Assembly (NCBI GenBank): GCA_963817955.1
Contig: CAWFQK010000002.1
Span: 320,001-384,000 of the forward strand
Reading direction: 5' to 3'
DNA length: 64,000 bases
DNA from: an uncultured Gemmatimonadaceae bacterium
Lineage (GTDB): Bacteria > Gemmatimonadota > Gemmatimonadetes > Gemmatimonadales > Gemmatimonadaceae
Part shown: piece by piece, positions 1-9,584 of the stretch
How positions within the stretch are numbered: the stretch's first letter is position 1
How the letters are laid out: each line of letters starts with the position of its first letter
Notes under the pieces: model-generated
What the model was told of the DNA's origin: nothing
Databases searched by the model: none
What the model saw: the letters and a program-made list of their open reading frames with translations, nothing else
Position numbers and translations under genes: made by a program

Positions 1-435
1 TCTGCTGTCGCTGGACTCCCCATTCGTGGCGAGCACAGCCACCGGCGTCGCCGGCAATCACCGGTAATGGCCTGCTCGTCACGGGTGGCAACAAAGCCCT
101 GACAACCGTAATCAAATAGTTAACGCGTCAAGCATGTGACGTATTTGGAGTTGGGTGGATTTAAGTCACTGCGTGGGGCCTCTGTTGACTACGGTTTAGC
201 CCACTGATTAGTTAAGCGGTCGCGAGTGATGCCCGGGTTATCCCACGCCAAGTCAAACCACGGTTTGGTCGGCGCAGCAGTGAGAGGCTCCGCCGGGCTA
301 GTTCGCGATGCAGTTCCGTCGGTTGCAGCATGCGGGATTGTTCGGGCCCTCACTGGATCACGTTCGTCGCACGCCGCGGTGCGCGCGTCAGAGGCGAACA
401 GCAGGCCAGTCACTCACACGAGGTAGACACACGTC

Positions 436-3400
436 ATGACGAGACACCTCCACCGCGTAGTCGCGGTCGCGGGAACGTTGCTGGGATTGCTCCCTGCAGC
501 GGCACTCGCGCAAGGAACCACCATCAGCGGCCGCGTCACGAGCGACGCGCAAGCGCCCCTACAGGGCGTGAGCGTCAGCATCGCGACGCTCGGCGCCGGC
601 GCGTACACCGACGACGCCGGACGTTATTCCTTCACCGTGCCCGCGGCGCGGGCCACGGGACAGACCGTTGCCCTGAGTGCTCGGCGAATCGGTTTCGTTC
701 CCAAGACGGTGTCGATCACACTGTCCGGCGCCTCCATCACCCAGGACTTCGCGCTGACGGCGAGCGCGACACAGCTCACCGGCGTCGTGGTCACGGCCCT
801 CGGTCTGACGCGCGAAAAGAGCCAGCTTGGCACGGCACAGCAGCAGATCACGTCCACCGACCTGAACGTCACCAAGGCGCTCAGTATCGTTGATCAGATG
901 CAGGGCAAGGTATCCGGCGTCCAGATCACTGGCGCGGGGACGCAGGGTGGTTCCACGAACATCATCATTCGCGGCTCCAACTCGATCACCGGCGTCAACA
1001 CTCCGTTGTTCGTGGTGGACGGCGTGCCGGTGTCCAATATGGACCGGGGCGGCAGCGCGAACGGCGCGTTCGATTACGGCAGCGCGATCAGCGACCTCAA
1101 TCCGGAAGACGTCGAGTCGATGTCGGTCCTCAAGGGACCGAACGCGGCGGCGCTCTACGGTTCGCGCGCGGCGAACGGCGTCATCGTCATCACCACCAAG
1201 AAGGGTCACAGCACCGGCGGCCGCGGCCGCGTGGACGGCACCACGACCTTCACGCTCGACAGCCCGTCGCGGCTGTGGGATTACCAGAACTTGTACGGCC
1301 AGGGAGCTGCGGGTGAGTTCCAGTACGTAGACGGCGCCGGCGGCGGCGTGCACGACGATCTGGACCAGAGCTTTGGCCCCAAGCTCGACGGCCGCACCAC
1401 CGGCTGCACGCACATCGGCAACGACCCGACAAAGGCGTACGACACATCCGCGCCCTGTCTGCAGTTCACGAGCCCGAATGCGGCATCCCCCTGGATCGCG
1501 CATCCGGACAACGTGAAGGATTTCTTCAACACCGGGCACACCTCGTCCACGAACATTGCCGCCACCGGCGGAACGGACCGCGCCAATGCGCGCTTGTCGG
1601 TCGGCTCCGACAACACCTTGGGCATCGTCCCGAACAACTTCTTCCAGAAGACCTCGGGCCTGCTCAGCGGCAACCTGCAGGTGACCGACAAGTTCAGCAC
1701 CAGCGGCACGCTCCAGTACGTTCGGAACTCGGCACGCAACCGTCCCGGCACCGGCTACACCGTCGGCATCATGGAGAGCATGATCTGGTTCGGCCGTCAG
1801 GTGGACATGAACGCGCTGAAGGCAAACGTCAATCTGCCGGGGAGCACGAACGGTGGTCCGGCGGACCGCGAGTACAACTGGAACTACAACTTCCACAACA
1901 ATCCGTTCTGGCTGCAGAACGACAATCCACTGTACGACGCCCGCGACCGCTTCATTGCGTCCGCCTCGGCCACGTACAAGATCCTGGATTGGGTGAACGC
2001 TACGTTCAGCTCCGGTTCGGACATCTACAACTACAACATCAATCAGGATTTCGCGCACGGGAACCTCGCGTATGCAGACGCGGCATTCGCCGGCGGGTTC
2101 AACGATCGCAACCAGTATCGCAACGAGAACAACACCCAGATGCTGCTCACGGCGAGCCGCGGCATCGGGTCGCATTTCGCGTTCAACGGCACCGCGGGTG
2201 GCAATATGCGCGCCGAGCAGCAATCCACGAGCTCCGTGAACACGGCCGGCATTTCGGCCCCGGGGATCTACAATGTTGCCAACGCGGCGATCGCCCCGAC
2301 CCTCGCGCAGGAGGAATTGCGCCGGCAAGTGAACAGTGTGTTTGGTTCGGCGGCGTTCACCTGGAACAATTGGTGGACCGTGGAAGGCACGGCGCGTAAC
2401 GACTGGTCGTCGACGCTGCCGCAGGGCTCCAACTCGTACTTCTACCCGTCGGTGAACACGTCGATCGTGCTGTCCGACGCGTTCCCGTCGCTCAAGGACC
2501 ACGGCATCTCGTACCTCAAACTGCGCGGCGCCGTCGCGCAGGTGGGTAATGACGCAGACCCGTACAAACTGCGCGCGACCTACACCGGCAACTCGAACAA
2601 GTTCGGCGGTCTCCCGCAGTTCTCGTTCGGCGACGTGCTCGCCAACCCGATCCTGAAGCCGGAGATCACCAACTCGAGCGAGGGTGGTGCCGAACTTGGC
2701 CTGCTCGATGGTCGCATCACACTCGACGCGAGCCTGTACTCCAAGTTGACGAAGAACCAGATCTTCAACGTGACGATCTCGCCGGCAACCGGCTTCACGT
2801 CGAAGGCAATCAACGCCGGCCGCATCGACAACAAGGGTTTCGAAGCACTCCTCACGCTCATCCCGCTGCGACTGGGGAATGGCGCCGAGTGGACGACGAC
2901 CTTCAACTATTCGCACAACGTGAGCAAGGTGGCTGAGCTGTCCCCGGGCATCCAGACCATCGTACTCGGCAGCACGTGGGGCACGAATACCGAAGCGCGC
3001 CTGGGCGACCCCTACGGCGACATCTACGGGTATGCGTTCCTGCGCGACAGCGCAACGCATCAGCTCATCCTGAATCCGTCGTCGCGCCCCGACGGGGTGG
3101 CGGAAGCCATCACGCAGCGCGGACCGCTCCAGGTGCTGGGCAACATTCAGCCGAAGTGGATCGGGAGCTGGGGCAACACGTTCACGTACAAGAACTACTC
3201 ACTGACCGCGCTCATCGATGTGCGCCGCGGTGGTCAGTTCTTCAGCGTCTCCAACTTCTGGGGCGACTACGCCGGCATTACGCAGGCAAGCCTCCAGGGC
3301 CGCGAAGTGGACTGGAACAATCCCGGAGTCGTCGTGAAGGGAGTCCTCAAGTCAAGCTGCGGCGCGGGTTCGCGCGCGTCCACCGACGGCCAATACGTCT

Positions 3401-3732
3401 GCGTCGGCGGCGGTACCGCGAACACGCTGACGTCGACGTCGGAAGACTACTTCCAGAACATCTACCCGGTGGTCGAGTCGTCCATCTATACGGACAACTG
3501 GGTCAAGCTCCGCGAACTGCGCTTCGGCATCGATCTGCCGTCGAGTCTGGCGAGCCGCCTCAAGGTCTCGTCGGCGAACATCGCTTTCGTGGGCAGAAAT
3601 CTTTGGACATCGACGAACGTGCCGAATATCGATCCTGAGTTCTCGTATTCCACGGGCAACTATCAAGGTTCGGAATTCGCCGCGCTGCCGAACCCGCGGT
3701 CGGTCGGATTCAGTGTCCGACTGACGCCGTGA
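436..3732 (+). CDS. SusC/RagA-family TonB-dependent outer-membrane transporter
   Basis: Signal peptide, carboxypeptidase-regulatory-like N-domain, plug motif 'DLNPEDVESMSVLKGPNAAALYGSRAANGVIVITTKKG', 'PLFVVDGVP', barrel-type C-terminus; followed by a SusD-like gene. Confidence 0.95.
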   Translation: MTRHLHRVVAVAGTLLGLLPAAALAQGTTISGRVTSDAQAPLQGVSVSIATLGAGAYTDDAGRYSFTVPAARATGQTVALSARRIGFVPKTVSITLSGASITQDFALTASATQLTGVVVTALGLTREKSQLGTAQQQITSTDLNVTKALSIVDQMQGKVSGVQITGAGTQGGSTNIIIRGSNSITGVNTPLFVVDGVPVSNMDRGGSANGAFDYGSAISDLNPEDVESMSVLKGPNAAALYGSRAANGVIVITTKKGHSTGGRGRVDGTTTFTLDSPSRLWDYQNLYGQGAAGEFQYVDGAGGGVHDDLDQSFGPKLDGRTTGCTHIGNDPTKAYDTSAPCLQFTSPNAASPWIAHPDNVKDFFNTGHTSSTNIAATGGTDRANARLSVGSDNTLGIVPNNFFQKTSGLLSGNLQVTDKFSTSGTLQYVRNSARNRPGTGYTVGIMESMIWFGRQVDMNALKANVNLPGSTNGGPADREYNWNYNFHNNPFWLQNDNPLYDARDRFIASASATYKILDWVNATFSSGSDIYNYNINQDFAHGNLAYADAAFAGGFNDRNQYRNENNTQMLLTASRGIGSHFAFNGTAGGNMRAEQQSTSSVNTAGISAPGIYNVANAAIAPTLAQEELRRQVNSVFGSAAFTWNNWWTVEGTARNDWSSTLPQGSNSYFYPSVNTSIVLSDAFPSLKDHGISYLKLRGAVAQVGNDADPYKLRATYTGNSNKFGGLPQFSFGDVLANPILKPEITNSSEGGAELGLLDGRITLDASLYSKLTKNQIFNVTISPATGFTSKAINAGRIDNKGFEALLTLIPLRLGNGAEWTTTFNYSHNVSKVAELSPGIQTIVLGSTWGTNTEARLGDPYGDIYGYAFLRDSATHQLILNPSSRPDGVAEAITQRGPLQVLGNIQPKWIGSWGNTFTYKNYSLTALIDVRRGGQFFSVSNFWGDYAGITQASLQGREVDWNNPGVVVKGVLKSSCGAGSRASTDGQYVCVGGGTANTLTSTSEDYFQNIYPVVESSIYTDNWVKLRELRFGIDLPSSLASRLKVSSANIAFVGRNLWTSTNVPNIDPEFSYSTGNYQGSEFAALPNPRSVGFSVRLTP

Positions 3733-3752
3733 TCACACAGGGAGAACTCTCA

Positions 3753-5312
3753 ATGATGATCCATAGAGCACGTTTGCTGACCGCAGGCGCCGGACTGGCG
3801 CTCGCCCTCGGCGCCATGGCGTGCAACAACGATACGATCACCAACATCAACAAGAACCCGAACAACCCGGAAGACGTTCCGGTCACGACGATCTTCACGA
3901 GCGCGGCCCAGAACGCCACGAGCCGTTGGCTCGGGCAGAGCTACAACATGCGCGAGGTGTCATTCGTCGCGCAGCACATGGCGGAGCAGCAGTACCCGGA
4001 CGAGGATCGCTATTCTCGTCTCGGTTCCTCGAACACCGCGTTCAACTTCAACACGTACACGAACGAGCTCGAGGATCTCCAGAAGGTCATTCAGAAGGGA
4101 ACGGCGGCGAGTGACGCCGGCACCTGGGCGCCCGCCCAAGTGCTCAAGATCTGGGATTTCAGCTACCTGACGAATACCTTCGGCGACATTCCTTATTTCC
4201 AGGCACTCGCCGGAGATAGCGTGGGTTCCACCACCACGCCGGCGTACGACGCGCAGAAGACCATCTACCCGGATCTTTTCGCAAAGTTGGACGCCGCCAC
4301 CAAGGCGCTCGCGAGCGCCAGCAACTCGCTCGGCAAGGCGGATCCGATCCTCGCCGGCGATCCGGCAGGTTGGCAGCGTTTCGCCAACTCGCTTCGTGCC
4401 CGTCTGGCGATCACGATCGTCAACGCGGACCCGGCGCAGGCCAGTGCTCAGCTTTCGGCTGCGTTCGGCGCAGCAGGTGGCGTGGTCACCACGACCGCGC
4501 AGAACGTGAAGCTCGTCTGGCCAGGCGATGGTGTGTACAACAACGGGTGGTCGGACTTCTTCAAGACCCGTGATGACAATCGCATGTCGCAGACGTTGAT
4601 CAACATCATGAACGCGTACGGCGATCCGAGGGTAGGCGTCTACGCCCAGCCCCTCCCCGGGACGACGGCTACCTACGCCGGCATGCCGAACGGATTGTCG
4701 GCGGCGGCGGCGAGCAAGTATGCCAATACCGCATCTCGCGTCGGTGCGGTGCTCTTCCCGGGCGCCACGGCCTTCGGCACCTTCGGCGGCAGCGGCGCCA
4801 CGTTCCCTTCGTTCCTCATCACGGCAGCCGAGGTGAACTTCATCATGGCTGAAGCCGCCGAGCGCGGTCTTGGCGGAAAGACTGCTGGTCAGGCGGCCGG
4901 TTTCTACAATGCAGCCATTACGGCCTCCATGCAGCAGTGGGGCGTGACGGACGCGACGGCCATCGCTACGTACCTTGCCGGCCCGAGTGTGGCCTACGCT
5001 GGTGGCACAGCAGGTTTGACGCAGATTGCCATTCAGAAGTGGATCGCCCTGTTCACCGACGGTGGTCAGGCATGGACCGAATGGCGTCGCACCTGCCAGC
5101 CGAACACGATCAAGCCTGGCGCGGCCGCGACGAACGCAACGGTGCCGCGTCGGTTCATGTACTCGCCGACTGAGTACGCTGTGAACCTTGCCGCGGTGAC
5201 CGCGGCTGCAACGGCGCTCGGAACCAATGGCGACAGCTTCAATGGCCGGATGTGGTGGGACACGGCGCCGACGGCTGCGCCGACGTACCCCGGTGCGGGT
5301 TCGTGCTTCTGA
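3753..5312 (+). CDS. SusD/RagB-family nutrient-binding lipoprotein
   Basis: Lipobox-like 'AMAC', 'NKNPNNP', 'FGDIPY', 'QKWIALF', 'EAW/QAWTEWRR'-type motif; GGAGA RBS before ATG 3753; directly after susC. Confidence 0.92.
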   Translation: MMIHRARLLTAGAGLALALGAMACNNDTITNINKNPNNPEDVPVTTIFTSAAQNATSRWLGQSYNMREVSFVAQHMAEQQYPDEDRYSRLGSSNTAFNFNTYTNELEDLQKVIQKGTAASDAGTWAPAQVLKIWDFSYLTNTFGDIPYFQALAGDSVGSTTTPAYDAQKTIYPDLFAKLDAATKALASASNSLGKADPILAGDPAGWQRFANSLRARLAITIVNADPAQASAQLSAAFGAAGGVVTTTAQNVKLVWPGDGVYNNGWSDFFKTRDDNRMSQTLINIMNAYGDPRVGVYAQPLPGTTATYAGMPNGLSAAAASKYANTASRVGAVLFPGATAFGTFGGSGATFPSFLITAAEVNFIMAEAAERGLGGKTAGQAAGFYNAAITASMQQWGVTDATAIATYLAGPSVAYAGGTAGLTQIAIQKWIALFTDGGQAWTEWRRTCQPNTIKPGAAATNATVPRRFMYSPTEYAVNLAAVTAAATALGTNGDSFNGRMWWDTAPTAAPTYPGAGSCF

Positions 5313-5341
5313 TGGTGTAGTGGTAGGGTTTGTGAATGAAG

Positions 5342-5375
5342 AAGGCGGCCGGGCAATTGCCCGGCCGCTTTTTTT
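5342..5375 (+). terminator. Intrinsic terminator after susD
   Basis: GCGGCCGGGC-AATT-GCCCGGCCGC hairpin followed by a T7 run. Confidence 0.85.
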
Positions 5376-5387
5376 CAGGAGCGAAGG

Positions 5388-5458
5388 CGTGTCATCCGGA
5401 GAGACGGCGTGTCATCCGGAGCGACGGCCTGTCATCCTGAGCGGAGCGAAGGATCTCT
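5388..5458. repeat. Three ~20-bp tandem units (TGTCATCC[G/T]GAG...) ending in a REP-like TGTCATCCTGAGCGGAGCGAAGGATCT
   Basis: Units start at 5388, 5408 and 5428; a degenerate reverse-complement fragment occurs at ~13672-13700. Confidence 0.75.
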
Positions 5459-5460
5459 TT

Positions 5461-5585
5461 TGACCGGCTGGATGTCGCTGGCTGCTCCGTACCGGTCGGC
5501 CCACCGGTCGGCGAGTTCCGAGTTTCCAGTTCTGAGTTGTGCGTTGTGAGTTTCTCGTGTCTCGTGTCTCGTGTCCCGTGTCTCG
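5461..5585 (-). repeat. Dispersed ~120-bp heptamer-rich intergenic repeat, copy A
   Basis: Core GGCTGGATGTCGCTGGCTGCTCCGTACCGGTCGGCCCACCGGTCGGCGAG plus a 7-nt periodic tail; near-identical to 14597-14716 and reverse complement of 13521-13645. Confidence 0.92.
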
Positions 5586-6392
5586 TCAGCGGCTCTTCGT
5601 CCAGACGAGAATGGTTCCGCAGACCGCGGAGCGATCGAAGTACTGCGCCGGAATGCCGGCGAAGGAGCTGTAGACCTCGATTGCCGCGATATCGCTCCCC
5701 TGGACCGCTTCATCGAGCTCGGCATCCGTCATCCGTACACCGTCCACCCAGATGAGCGGACCAATGGTGTCATTCGATTCTCCGGGCACGCCGCACCCAC
5801 GGATGCGCACGAGATTACCGATTCGACGGGACGGCCGGAGGTCAATTCCAGGAATGGTACGCAGCGCCTGACTCGGGTACTGGACATTCATCTGCGCCAG
5901 TGCGTCCGGCGTGATGTAATGTCCAAAGCTGTTGGCCTGTTGTCGTTCGAAAAAACCTCGTAACCGCAGGTCGTTCACGTTCGGCGTGTCATCTTCATCA
6001 TCATCGACGTGGACCGTTCCGAGCTTGGCGGCCATCGGCTCGAGCGTGACAAACACACTGGACGTCCGGTCGGCGCGACTCGATGGCACCGGCACCACGG
6101 CGGGCCGGAACCCCAGGCGGCGTACGCGGACCTTCTCCGGCACGGCGGGAAGCTCCATCACACGAAACTTGCCGTTCGCGTCCGACCGAACGTACATGCT
6201 GGCGGTATCGTGGCGCATGAGGGCGACCTCGGCATCCGGAATGGGATTGCCTTCGCGATCGGCGACGGTACCGCTCAACGTGTAGCCGCTTACCGCGACG
6301 AGCCGTGCCGGGCCCGGGCTCTGAGCGGCTGCGTGCGCGACGCCCAGGCAGAGTGCCAGGCTGAGCCCCTCGTGGATCATTCGCATCCTCAC
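5586..6392 (-). CDS. Secreted protein: carboxypeptidase-regulatory-like domain plus TonB plug-like domain, no beta-barrel
   Basis: Signal peptide; 'LSGTVADREGNPIPDAEV', 'VRRLGFRP'; 'PLIWVDGV', 'DIAAIEVY', 'CGTILVWTK'; GGAGG RBS before GTG 6392. Confidence 0.8.
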   Translation of the reverse strand: MRMRMIHEGLSLALCLGVAHAAAQSPGPARLVAVSGYTLSGTVADREGNPIPDAEVALMRHDTASMYVRSDANGKFRVMELPAVPEKVRVRRLGFRPAVVPVPSSRADRTSSVFVTLEPMAAKLGTVHVDDDEDDTPNVNDLRLRGFFERQQANSFGHYITPDALAQMNVQYPSQALRTIPGIDLRPSRRIGNLVRIRGCGVPGESNDTIGPLIWVDGVRMTDAELDEAVQGSDIAAIEVYSSFAGIPAQYFDRSAVCGTILVWTKSR

Positions 6393-6425
6393 GGCCGCCT
6401 CCAACTTTGGCTGTTTGATGCTGCC

Positions 6426-6477
6426 GCTTGTTGCAGCGTCTGTCAACACAGCTTGTTGCAGCGTCTGTCAACACAGC
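6426..6477. repeat. Perfect 25-bp tandem duplication GCTTGTTGCAGCGTCTGTCAACACA x2
   Basis: 6426-6450 is identical to 6451-6475. Confidence 0.95.
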
Positions 6478-6585
6478 ATTGAAACGTATACTCAGTACAC
6501 GACGCCTATTGCCTAAAGCGTTCCACGGATTGGCGCGCTCCCCGTCGATCGCGATTCCGCGGCGGGAGACTTCGCAAACTCGACA

Positions 6586-6618
6586 AAACAGAGCGGGCCC
6601 CACGTCGGGGGCCCGCTT
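6586..6618 (-). terminator. Probable terminator of the rpsP-rnhB operon
   Basis: GCGGGCCCC/GGGGCCCGC stem followed by TCTGTTTT on the minus strand. Confidence 0.65.
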
Positions 6619-6693
6619 CCACTCCTGCACGCCAATGAGACGCCGTAGGCCGCCCAACCGCTTACCGCTTTGCTGATCCCGACCTGGATCCGC

Positions 6694-7413
6694 TCAATCC
6701 CCGGCGAAATCAGGATCGTCAGCCGCGAGTTGCTGGCTCGCCACCATCTCCGCCAATGTTGCTAGCTGTTCCGTGCCCAGCAGCTCACCCGCCAGATCGA
6801 GCGAGAGCTGCCGGACCGGCACAAAGGACCGGCGATGGTGCGGCGTCACACCGTGCGCCGCGAGCCCCTTCAGATGCGCCACTGTCGCATAACCAACGTT
6901 GCGCTCCCAGAGATAATTGGGATACCGGAGGGCCAAGCGCTGCATGAGCCGGTCGCGCGTCACCTTGGCGAGAATCGACGCGCAGGCGATCGTATAGCAC
7001 GCATCGTCCCCACCCACGATCGCGGTGTGTGGAACGGCGAGCGTCCGAATGGGATTGCCGTCCACGAGCACGTGGCTCGGCGCCACCGTGAGCCGCGACA
7101 GCGCGCGGCGCATGGCGATGACGGTGGCATGGTAGATGTTCACGCGGTCGATCTCGCGCACCGAGGCGGCGCCAATGCCATAGGCGACGGCGCGTTCGCG
7201 AATCTTCACGGCGAGGCGCATCCGCTCGGCTGCCGACAACTGCTTGGAATCGTCCACGCCCGCAATGGCGCGTACGTCGGGCGGCATGATCACAGCACAT
7301 GCGACAACGGGGCCCGCCAGGGGGCCCCGTCCGACTTCGTCAATCCCGGCGATCAGCGAACCGACGGTTCTGCGAAGATCTCGCTCGATCGGTTTCCACC
7401 GATCCCGCGCCAC
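6694..7413 (-). CDS. rnhB: Ribonuclease HII
   Basis: 'AGIDEVGRGPLAGPVVA', 'DDSKQL', 'IACASILAKVTRD', 'HRRSF'; GTG start just after rplS. Confidence 0.95.
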   Translation of the reverse strand: MARDRWKPIERDLRRTVGSLIAGIDEVGRGPLAGPVVACAVIMPPDVRAIAGVDDSKQLSAAERMRLAVKIRERAVAYGIGAASVREIDRVNIYHATVIAMRRALSRLTVAPSHVLVDGNPIRTLAVPHTAIVGGDDACYTIACASILAKVTRDRLMQRLALRYPNYLWERNVGYATVAHLKGLAAHGVTPHHRRSFVPVRQLSLDLAGELLGTEQLATLAEMVASQQLAADDPDFAGD

Positions 7414-7420
7414 CGCCCAG

Positions 7421-7798
7421 TTACCTGGATGAGGCGCCGCTCTCCGGAACAGCCACGCGAACCTTTCTTTCGCGAATGCGCGTCGCCTTGCCGGTGAGAT
7501 TGCGCAGGTAGTACAGCTTGGCCCGGCGCACGCGACCCCGACGCACGACATTGATCTCGGCGAGCATGGGGCTGTGCACCGGGAAGATGCGCTCCACACC
7601 AACGCCATTCGAGATCTTGCGAACGGTGAAGGTTTCGCTGACGCCGCTGCCGCGCCGCGCAATACAGACGCCTTCGAAGGCCTGGATGCGCTCCTTCTCA
7701 CCTTCCTTCACACGAACGTTGACACGAACGGTGTCGCCCGCCCGGAAGGGGGGAACGTTGCGGAGCCACTCTTTCTGGGTTTCGATAAAGGCATGCAT
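7421..7798 (-). CDS. rplS: 50S ribosomal protein L19
   Basis: 'FRAGDTVRV', '[11 protein letters not shown]', '[10 protein letters not shown]'. Confidence 0.98.
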   Translation of the reverse strand: MHAFIETQKEWLRNVPPFRAGDTVRVNVRVKEGEKERIQAFEGVCIARRGSGVSETFTVRKISNGVGVERIFPVHSPMLAEINVVRRGRVRRAKLYYLRNLTGKATRIRERKVRVAVPESGASSR

Positions 7799-7915
7799 AT
7801 GACGCTCGGGGCAAAGGCCCGGGTAACGGTTCTGGTGGAGACCTGAGATACTAAGGACTGAGGCGGTGGAAGTCTAGGGTTGGGAGAGAGTTAGGCGCGA
7901 TTGGTCGCGGTCCGG

Positions 7916-8611
7916 TCAGGAATTGTCGCGCTCCCCACGCTCCCGGCTCAGGCGCCTGCCCTCTTCCTCCCGCCACTCGGCGATCTTCTTATGGTCGCCG
8001 GATAGCAGGATCTCGGGCACCGCATGGCCGCGGAACACCGGCGGACGCGTATAACTGGGCGCGCTCAAGTGCCGGTCATAAAATGAATCGCCGCGGGCGC
8101 TGTCCAGATCGGACATTGCCCCCGGCAACAGACGCACGGTGGCGTCGATGACGGCCAGCGCGGCCGGCTCGCCGCCGCTCAGCACGAAGTCGCCCAGCGA
8201 GATCTCCTCGGTGGCGAGGTGGTCGGCGACACGCTGGTCCACGTCCTTGTAGTGGCCGCACAACAGCGTGAGCTCGCTCCCCTGCGAGAACCGCACGGCG
8301 TCCTGGTGCGTGAACTGCCGTCCGCGCGCCGACATGAGAACAATGGGCGCCTGTGCGCCAATAGCCTCAATGGCCTCGAAGAACGGTCCCGGCTTCATGA
8401 CCATGCCGGCGCCTCCCCCGTACGGGGCGTCGTCGACCGTGCGATGCCGGTCGTGCGTATACTCGCGCAGATCCAGCACGTGGTACTCGACACTCCCCGC
8501 CTCCCGCGCCCTTGCCGGAATGCTCAACCCCAGCGGTGCGGTGAAGAATTCTGGAAAGATGGTGATGACGTTGATCTTGAGCGGCGATCCGCCCATCACG
8601 CCGTCAGTCAT
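7916..8611 (-). CDS. trmD: tRNA (guanine-N1)-methyltransferase
   Basis: 'VDDAPYGGGAGMVMK', 'EEISLGDFVLSGGE', 'YTRPP', 'LLSGDH'; start approximate. Confidence 0.96.
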   Translation of the reverse strand: MTDGVMGGSPLKINVITIFPEFFTAPLGLSIPARAREAGSVEYHVLDLREYTHDRHRTVDDAPYGGGAGMVMKPGPFFEAIEAIGAQAPIVLMSARGRQFTHQDAVRFSQGSELTLLCGHYKDVDQRVADHLATEEISLGDFVLSGGEPAALAVIDATVRLLPGAMSDLDSARGDSFYDRHLSAPSYTRPPVFRGHAVPEILLSGDHKKIAEWREEEGRRLSRERGERDNS

Positions 8612-9146
8612 CGAGGAGGCCCACCGGCGGATCGATGGTGATCACCCGCGTCTCGCGATCGACGTTGGTCACGATGCGATCGAACGGAACGAGAATCGTC
8701 TGCCCGCCCTTCGCCGGCGCGACCTCGAGCGTGAGGCCTTGCGGCAGCTCGTACGATCCGGCGACGACACCGTAGATCTCCCCGGATTGCAGCACCACCC
8801 GCATCCCGGGCAACTCGTGCACGTAGATCTGGTCGTCCGCCACAGGAGTGAGCTCATCGGCCGGCACGAGCAAAAAGCGGTCGCGCCACGTTTCGGCGAT
8901 CGTGCGATCGGCGATCTCGTTGAAGTGCACAATGAAGCCGCCCTTGAAGGGGCTGCAGGACGCGACGTGCAGCTCGCGCCGGTCCTTGGCGATGTCGCCC
9001 GACGGGGTGCCCGCAAAGACACGACGGCCGGGCGCGAAGACCGCGTCCGGCTCGTCGGTGATCGGTTCCACGACGAGGTCGCCGTGAATGCCGTGTGCCT
9101 TGCGAACCCGCCCGACGATGATCATCTCGGGGGGAACGGTGGACAT
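8604..9146 (-). CDS. rimM: 16S rRNA processing factor RimM
   Basis: 'VGRVRKAHGIHG', 'YVHELPG', 'ILVPF', 'PPVGLLD'; position between rpsP and trmD. Confidence 0.93.
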   Translation of the reverse strand: MSTVPPEMIIVGRVRKAHGIHGDLVVEPITDEPDAVFAPGRRVFAGTPSGDIAKDRRELHVASCSPFKGGFIVHFNEIADRTIAETWRDRFLLVPADELTPVADDQIYVHELPGMRVVLQSGEIYGVVAGSYELPQGLTLEVAPAKGGQTILVPFDRIVTNVDRETRVITIDPPVGLLDD

Positions 9147-9148
9147 CG

Positions 9149-9499
9149 CTACGCCGAGGCTTCCCCGGTCTGGTCCGCTGGCGCGGGTTCTGCATGCTCG
9201 GCGACCGGGACGGCTGACGCGTTCAGCTTGCGCGCCAGGCGCTGCTCGTGGCGGGCCTTGAGCACGCCAGCCTTGCGCAGCAGCGAGCGGACGGTGTCCG
9301 TGGGCTGCGCGCCGTTGTCGAGCCAGTAGTTCACGCGGTCGCTCTTGAGATTGAGCGCCAGCTCACCCGTACGCGGAGCGTATTGGCCAACGACCTCGAT
9401 GAACTTGCCATCACGCGGGCTGCGCGAGTCGGCGACGATGATACGGTACATCGCCTGCTTCTTGCGGCCGGTGCGGCGGAGACGGATCTTGACTGCCAT
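9149..9499 (-). CDS. rpsP: 30S ribosomal protein S16
   Basis: '[13 protein letters not shown]', '[13 protein letters not shown]', 'GAQPTDTV'. Confidence 0.98.
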   Translation of the reverse strand: MAVKIRLRRTGRKKQAMYRIIVADSRSPRDGKFIEVVGQYAPRTGELALNLKSDRVNYWLDNGAQPTDTVRSLLRKAGVLKARHEQRLARKLNASAVPVAEHAEPAPADQTGEASA

Positions 9500-9584
9500 T
9501 ATTGAATCCTCATTACGGGTTACTGAACTACACCGGGCTCCTCGCGTACTGGCCAATCAGCCAGCCGCACCCGGGGACTACCCC

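Noticed and set aside
559..3060. Long antisense ORFs (559-3060, 9345-11069, 48323-49825, 57878-59521 and others)
   Set aside because: Shadow ORFs opposite well-supported genes, expected from high-GC codon bias; no motifs.
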